This document shows positions 60,085 to 64,000 of a stretch of DNA of 64,000 bases, in pieces. The stretch is from an uncultured Chlamydiae bacterium. GTDB taxonomy: Bacteria > Chlamydiota > Chlamydiia > Chlamydiales > Parachlamydiaceae. How positions within the stretch are numbered: position 1 is the stretch's first letter; each line of letters begins with the position of its first letter. The translations under genes were made by a program, and so were the position numbers. The notes under the pieces were generated by a model. It had not been told where the DNA came from, did not search any database, and saw only the letters and a list, made by a program, of their open reading frames with translations. The DNA is taken from assembly GCA_963754655.1 (NCBI GenBank), contig CAVWGN010000001.1:960001-1024000 (forward strand), in the 5' to 3' direction.

Positions 60085-61686
60085 ATGCATGACATTCTAA
60101 TTCTTCTATTTTTATTTATTTGTGGAATTCATTTATCGGCTTGCGAGGAGGATTGTCAAGCCTTATCCAAGGAATGTGTTTCTTTTACCAATTCTTCTGT
60201 TCATGCTCAAAGCATTTCTCCTTGTGTTTTTGTTGTATTTGGAGCAACAGGAGATTTAACTGCGCGCAAATTGCTTCCTGCTATTTACAACTTAGCTTAT
60301 GAGGGATCCCTATCTGAATTCGCTTTGGTTGGGTTTGCCCGTGGTGAAAATACACATGAGGGCTTTCGTAAAAAAATGGAAGAAGCACTCAATCAATTTT
60401 CTCGCACAAAACCCGTAGATCCCGTTTTTTGGAATCATTTTAAGAGTAAAGTTTTCTACCATCGATCTGAATTTGAAAATGACGCGGGATATGAAAGTTT
60501 AAAATTTTTTTTAACGCAACTCGATCAAAAATTCGGCACACAAGGCAATCGCATCTTTTATTTAGCTACTCAGCCCAGTTATTTTCCTAAGATCATAGCC
60601 AAACTAAAAGAGCATGGACTAATTGATGAGATCAATAGCCATTCACAGGCATGGTCACGAGTCATGATTGAAAAACCTTTTGGCTATGACTTAGAGTCGG
60701 CTCTGCAGTTACAAAAACAAATTTCCCAATTTCTTGATGAAAGTCAAATCTATCGCATTGACCATTATCTTGGAAAAGAAGGTGTGCAAAATTTAATGGC
60801 ATTGCGATTTGAAAATAGGATTTTTGAACCTATTTGGAATTGTCAGGAGATCGATAACATTCAAATTACACTTGCTGAAGAGATTGGCATAGGTTCACGC
60901 GCTCGCTTTTGGGAAGAGACGGGGACATTGCGCGACGTGTTTCAAAATCATTTGATGCAGCTTCTAGCACTCATTGCCATGGAATTACCCATTGATTTTA
61001 ACTCGGATAGTATTCATAGGGAAAAAATTCGAGTGTTAGAAGCGATTCGTCCTTTTCCTGTTTTAGAAATAAAAAAATATGTCATCCGGGGGCAATATGG
61101 TCCAGGATGGATCAAAGATTCGAGAGTACTGGGGTACAGAGAAGAAAAAGGAGTGTCAACTACCTCAACAGTAGAAACGTTTGCTGCACTAAAATTGTTC
61201 ATTGACAATGACCGTTGGAAAGGAGTTCCCTTTTATATTAGAGGTGGAAAACGGCTTCCTAAACAAACGACCGAAATTGCCATTACGTTTAAGCAACCTT
61301 TTGTCTTTCAAGATCAATATTCCCATGTTCTTTTTATTCGCATTCAACCCAATGCTGGCATTTTTCTCAAAACCAAGTCAAAAGTTTTAGGACTTTACAA
61401 TGATTTACAGCCCCTGGTATTCGGCTATCAGCCTGATGGAGCTTTTGGTCAATCTTCCCCAGAAGCCTACGAGAGAATAATTTTCGACTGTATCAGGGGC
61501 GATGATAGTTTATTTGTAAAAATTGAAGAGCAAATGGCAGCTTGGCGTTTGCTAACGCCTGTTTTAAATGATTGGAAAAAGCATGTTCCTCATGATTTTC
61601 CCAATTATGAGGCTGGAACATGGGGGCCAAAAGCTGCTGATCACATGCTCAATCTAGGACAGCAATGGCAACTTTTAGAAAAGTAA
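60085..61686 (+). CDS. zwf: Glucose-6-phosphate 1-dehydrogenase with signal-like N-terminal extension
   Basis: FGATGDLTARKL, IEKPFG, RIDHYLGKE, RDVFQNHL. Confidence 0.93.
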   Translation: MHDILILLFLFICGIHLSACEEDCQALSKECVSFTNSSVHAQSISPCVFVVFGATGDLTARKLLPAIYNLAYEGSLSEFALVGFARGENTHEGFRKKMEEALNQFSRTKPVDPVFWNHFKSKVFYHRSEFENDAGYESLKFFLTQLDQKFGTQGNRIFYLATQPSYFPKIIAKLKEHGLIDEINSHSQAWSRVMIEKPFGYDLESALQLQKQISQFLDESQIYRIDHYLGKEGVQNLMALRFENRIFEPIWNCQEIDNIQITLAEEIGIGSRARFWEETGTLRDVFQNHLMQLLALIAMELPIDFNSDSIHREKIRVLEAIRPFPVLEIKKYVIRGQYGPGWIKDSRVLGYREEKGVSTTSTVETFAALKLFIDNDRWKGVPFYIRGGKRLPKQTTEIAITFKQPFVFQDQYSHVLFIRIQPNAGIFLKTKSKVLGLYNDLQPLVFGYQPDGAFGQSSPEAYERIIFDCIRGDDSLFVKIEEQMAAWRLLTPVLNDWKKHVPHDFPNYEAGTWGPKAADHMLNLGQQWQLLEK

Positions 61687-61729
61687 GAAAGTATTAAAGA
61701 ATGATTTGATGGAGTTTACGGAAATAAAG

Positions 61730-61936
61730 CTAATTTTTTTTGTTTGGATCAATTGGGCAACTCTTTTTGCCTAATAGTTGGTAAACAATACACCAACCCC
61801 TAAAAGCTTCAAAAAAGGTAAAAAGAGAGATAAGCAGCGCAATCCAACTTTTTTGCCAAATGGCCAAGATTAAAATGAGGATGGCGATGACTAATCGAAG
61901 AATTCTTCCTGAGGTTCCAATATTTTTCTCGAACAT
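61730..61936 (-). CDS. DUF2892/YgaP-like small membrane protein
   Basis: KNIGTSGRILR...GWCIVYQLLGKKSCP. Confidence 0.8.
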   Translation of the reverse strand: MFEKNIGTSGRILRLVIAILILILAIWQKSWIALLISLFTFFEAFRGWCIVYQLLGKKSCPIDPNKKN

Positions 61937-62117
61937 GTTTAATCCTTTAGCTTTCTCATAAAATCCATTGTCGTTTATATCTTTTTTCCCTATTTTTTTG
62001 TGTCTTGAATTTTATGGATGAAAATTCCTGTACTTTCAATTTACATCTAAATAAAACTCAATTTCGATCATACGCGAAATAAAATCAATGAGGAAAAACT
62101 ACAAGTAGGATAATGAA

Positions 62118-63011
62118 ATGGACCGCAAATACAAGCAAAATTTTATCCAAGCGGGAGCACTTGCCAAGCAAGTTCGCGCTTATGGAAAATCTTTGATCCA
62201 GAAAGGGGCTTCTTACATAGATGTGATAACCAGAATCAATCAAAAGATTGCAGAACTTGGTGCTCGGCCTGCTTTTCCTCCTCAATTGGCCTTGAATGAA
62301 GTGGCAGCTCATTTTCTGCCCTTGCCTGGAGAAGATATTATTTTTTCCGATCAAATTGTTAAATTGGATATTGGTGTTTGTTATCAGGGTGCAATAGGGG
62401 ACTGTGCTGTAACTGTTGACTTATCAGGCAAGTATCAAGCGCTCATTGATGCTGCCGAGGCCGCTCTTTTAAAAGCAGAACAAAACCTAAGAGTCGGACA
62501 ACCTGTACGCGAAATTGGCAAAATCATTGAAGAGACGATTTCTTCCTATGGTCTCAAGCCTATTAAAAATCTTTCAGGGCATGGTTTGGGAGAATATAAG
62601 ATTCACATGGCGCCCATCATTCCTAATTATGAAGATCACTCTCAGGCGATCATTAAACCAGGGATGACATTTGCCATTGAACCCTTTGTCACAAATGGCG
62701 CAGGCTTAATTTATGAAGGGGGAACACCCACTATTTTTGGTTTAGCTGCAACCCGTCCGCTTCAATCCACTCTTGCACGTTCGCTTTTGGCTAAAATTAG
62801 AACATTTAGCGGACTTCCCTTTGCCATTCATGACCTTATCAGCAAGGAGTGGCCTATTTCGGAAGTGAAAACAGGTTTGGATGAATTGATAAAAGCTGGA
62901 GTTGTGATTGGCTATGCTCCCTTGATCGAACAAGGACATGGAATGGTTGCACAAGCGGAAAATTCTGTTCTCGTCGATGAAAATGGAAAAATTTGGATTA
63001 CGACGCGATAG
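62118..63011 (+). CDS. map: Type II (archaeal-like) methionine aminopeptidase
   Basis: KLDIGV...GDCAVT, NLSGHGL...IH, AIEPF, helical insert containing LPFA, AQAENSV. Confidence 0.88.
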   Translation: MDRKYKQNFIQAGALAKQVRAYGKSLIQKGASYIDVITRINQKIAELGARPAFPPQLALNEVAAHFLPLPGEDIIFSDQIVKLDIGVCYQGAIGDCAVTVDLSGKYQALIDAAEAALLKAEQNLRVGQPVREIGKIIEETISSYGLKPIKNLSGHGLGEYKIHMAPIIPNYEDHSQAIIKPGMTFAIEPFVTNGAGLIYEGGTPTIFGLAATRPLQSTLARSLLAKIRTFSGLPFAIHDLISKEWPISEVKTGLDELIKAGVVIGYAPLIEQGHGMVAQAENSVLVDENGKIWITTR

Positions 63012-63174
63012 AAAGATGTGAGCCTGTCTCTAAATAAGAATAAATTACAATAAAAATTATTTTAAAAGATGGTTGTGTAATTAAGGATGGTCATTATCAA
63101 ATCAGTGATTTGCGCGAAGTTTTGAAAGAAGTTAGAGTGGACATAGTGATGAATGGTAGCTATGCAACTACATC

Positions 63175-64000
63175 CTATCCTTCGACTTTTCCTAAGGCAA
63201 CCACAGAAACGTCAGTGATGTCCTCTGCATGATCTTTTGTTTTTTGAAGATCCAATGGAATGGCATTAGGATTCTTATAAACATAAAGGACCAGAGCAAT
63301 CATATGAGGAATGGCGATGCATGCAAGAACAATATCAATGAGCGACCAAACCAATTTGACTTCTGCAATAGCCCCAAGAAAAATCATGCAAGCTGTTAAA
63401 GCCAAGTAATAAGAAGTTTTCTTATTGTGAGTTAAATAATGAAAACATTGGCTGCCATTGTAACTATTGCCTAAGATAGTACCAAATGCAAAGAGAAAAG
63501 TGCTGATGACTACAATGATAATTCCAAAAGAAGAAAAATAAACCTGGAAAGATGATGCGACCATGCTGATTCCCAATGGAAGATTTGGATCCAACCATGT
63601 TTCAGTAATTAAAGCGACAATTCCGGATAAAAAGGCAATACAGCCAGCTGTATAGGTAGAAAGCATGGCTAAAGTCCCTTGTGCAATAGGATCTTCCGTT
63701 TGTGCCATCGAGTGCGGAATTGTTTGCGTCCCTACTCCCGCCTCACAGGTTTGAATGCCTTTAAAAATTCCCCAACGCAAGCTAGCAACTACGCCTCCCA
63801 CTAATGTTCCACTTGCTAAAGCATAAGGAGAAAATGCAGATGTAAAGATAAGAGAGAAAATGTGTCCAAGCTTATCTGCATTATATGAAATGATCCATAA
63901 ACATGATCCCAAGTAGAAAACAAACATCATGGGGACAAGCTTGGAAGATAGAGAACTAATACGCTTAATTCCACCAATTAAAGTCAAAATCACCAGAATA
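63175..64000 (-). CDS. Alanine/glycine:cation symporter family (AlsT-like), 5'-truncated by window edge
   Basis: GGIKRI...KLVPMM, EAGVGT..HS, FAFGTILG. Confidence 0.85.
   Translation of the reverse strand, partial: ILVILTLIGGIKRISSLSSKLVPMMFVFYLGSCLWIISYNADKLGHIFSLIFTSAFSPYALASGTLVGGVVASLRWGIFKGIQTCEAGVGTQTIPHSMAQTEDPIAQGTLAMLSTYTAGCIAFLSGIVALITETWLDPNLPLGISMVASSFQVYFSSFGIIIVVISTFLFAFGTILGNSYNGSQCFHYLTHNKKTSYYLALTACMIFLGAIAEVKLVWSLIDIVLACIAIPHMIALVLYVYKNPNAIPLDLQKTKDHAEDITDVSVVALGKVEG

Noticed and set aside
52570..62954. Many short antisense or overlapping ORFs in the ORF track
   Set aside because: They are shadows of well-supported housekeeping genes.

Overview
AT-rich bacterial window whose gene content (F-box/DUF4116 and F-box-like/TPR proteins, Pht-like MFS, archaeal-type MetAP) suggests an amoeba-associated environmental chlamydia (Parachlamydiaceae-like); this is an inference. 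The left part (~1-29 kb) is a decaying accessory island with many small resistance- or detox-type genes (APH kinases, ANT, GNAT, NUDIX, pentapeptide, VOC), many of them frameshifted or truncated. It also holds an intact IS607 element (TnpA plus catalytically intact TnpB, with a predictable omegaRNA), IS607/IS1634/terminase relics, a mobile mystery A/B pair whose Fic protein carries ankyrin repeats, and an IS5/IS427-group IS. The right part has effector-like genes, a tandem TPR gene pair and housekeeping genes (pgm, glgP, zwf, map). The most striking feature is non-coding: seven long palindromic elements (405, 4971, 12914, 21754, 29634, 44298, ~49210) built from interchangeable nested modules. 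Outer MITE shells with TA or 6-bp duplications contain inner MITEs with 5-bp CCNGG/CATAT duplications. These carry inverted pairs of tripartite REP-like hairpin units from three unrelated sequence families. One 660-bp MITE-REPIN-MITE composite occurs at two different positions within its host element, each time with its own target duplication. A 41-codon Leu/Phe/Ser-rich leader ORF upstream of an MFS transporter is a candidate attenuator.
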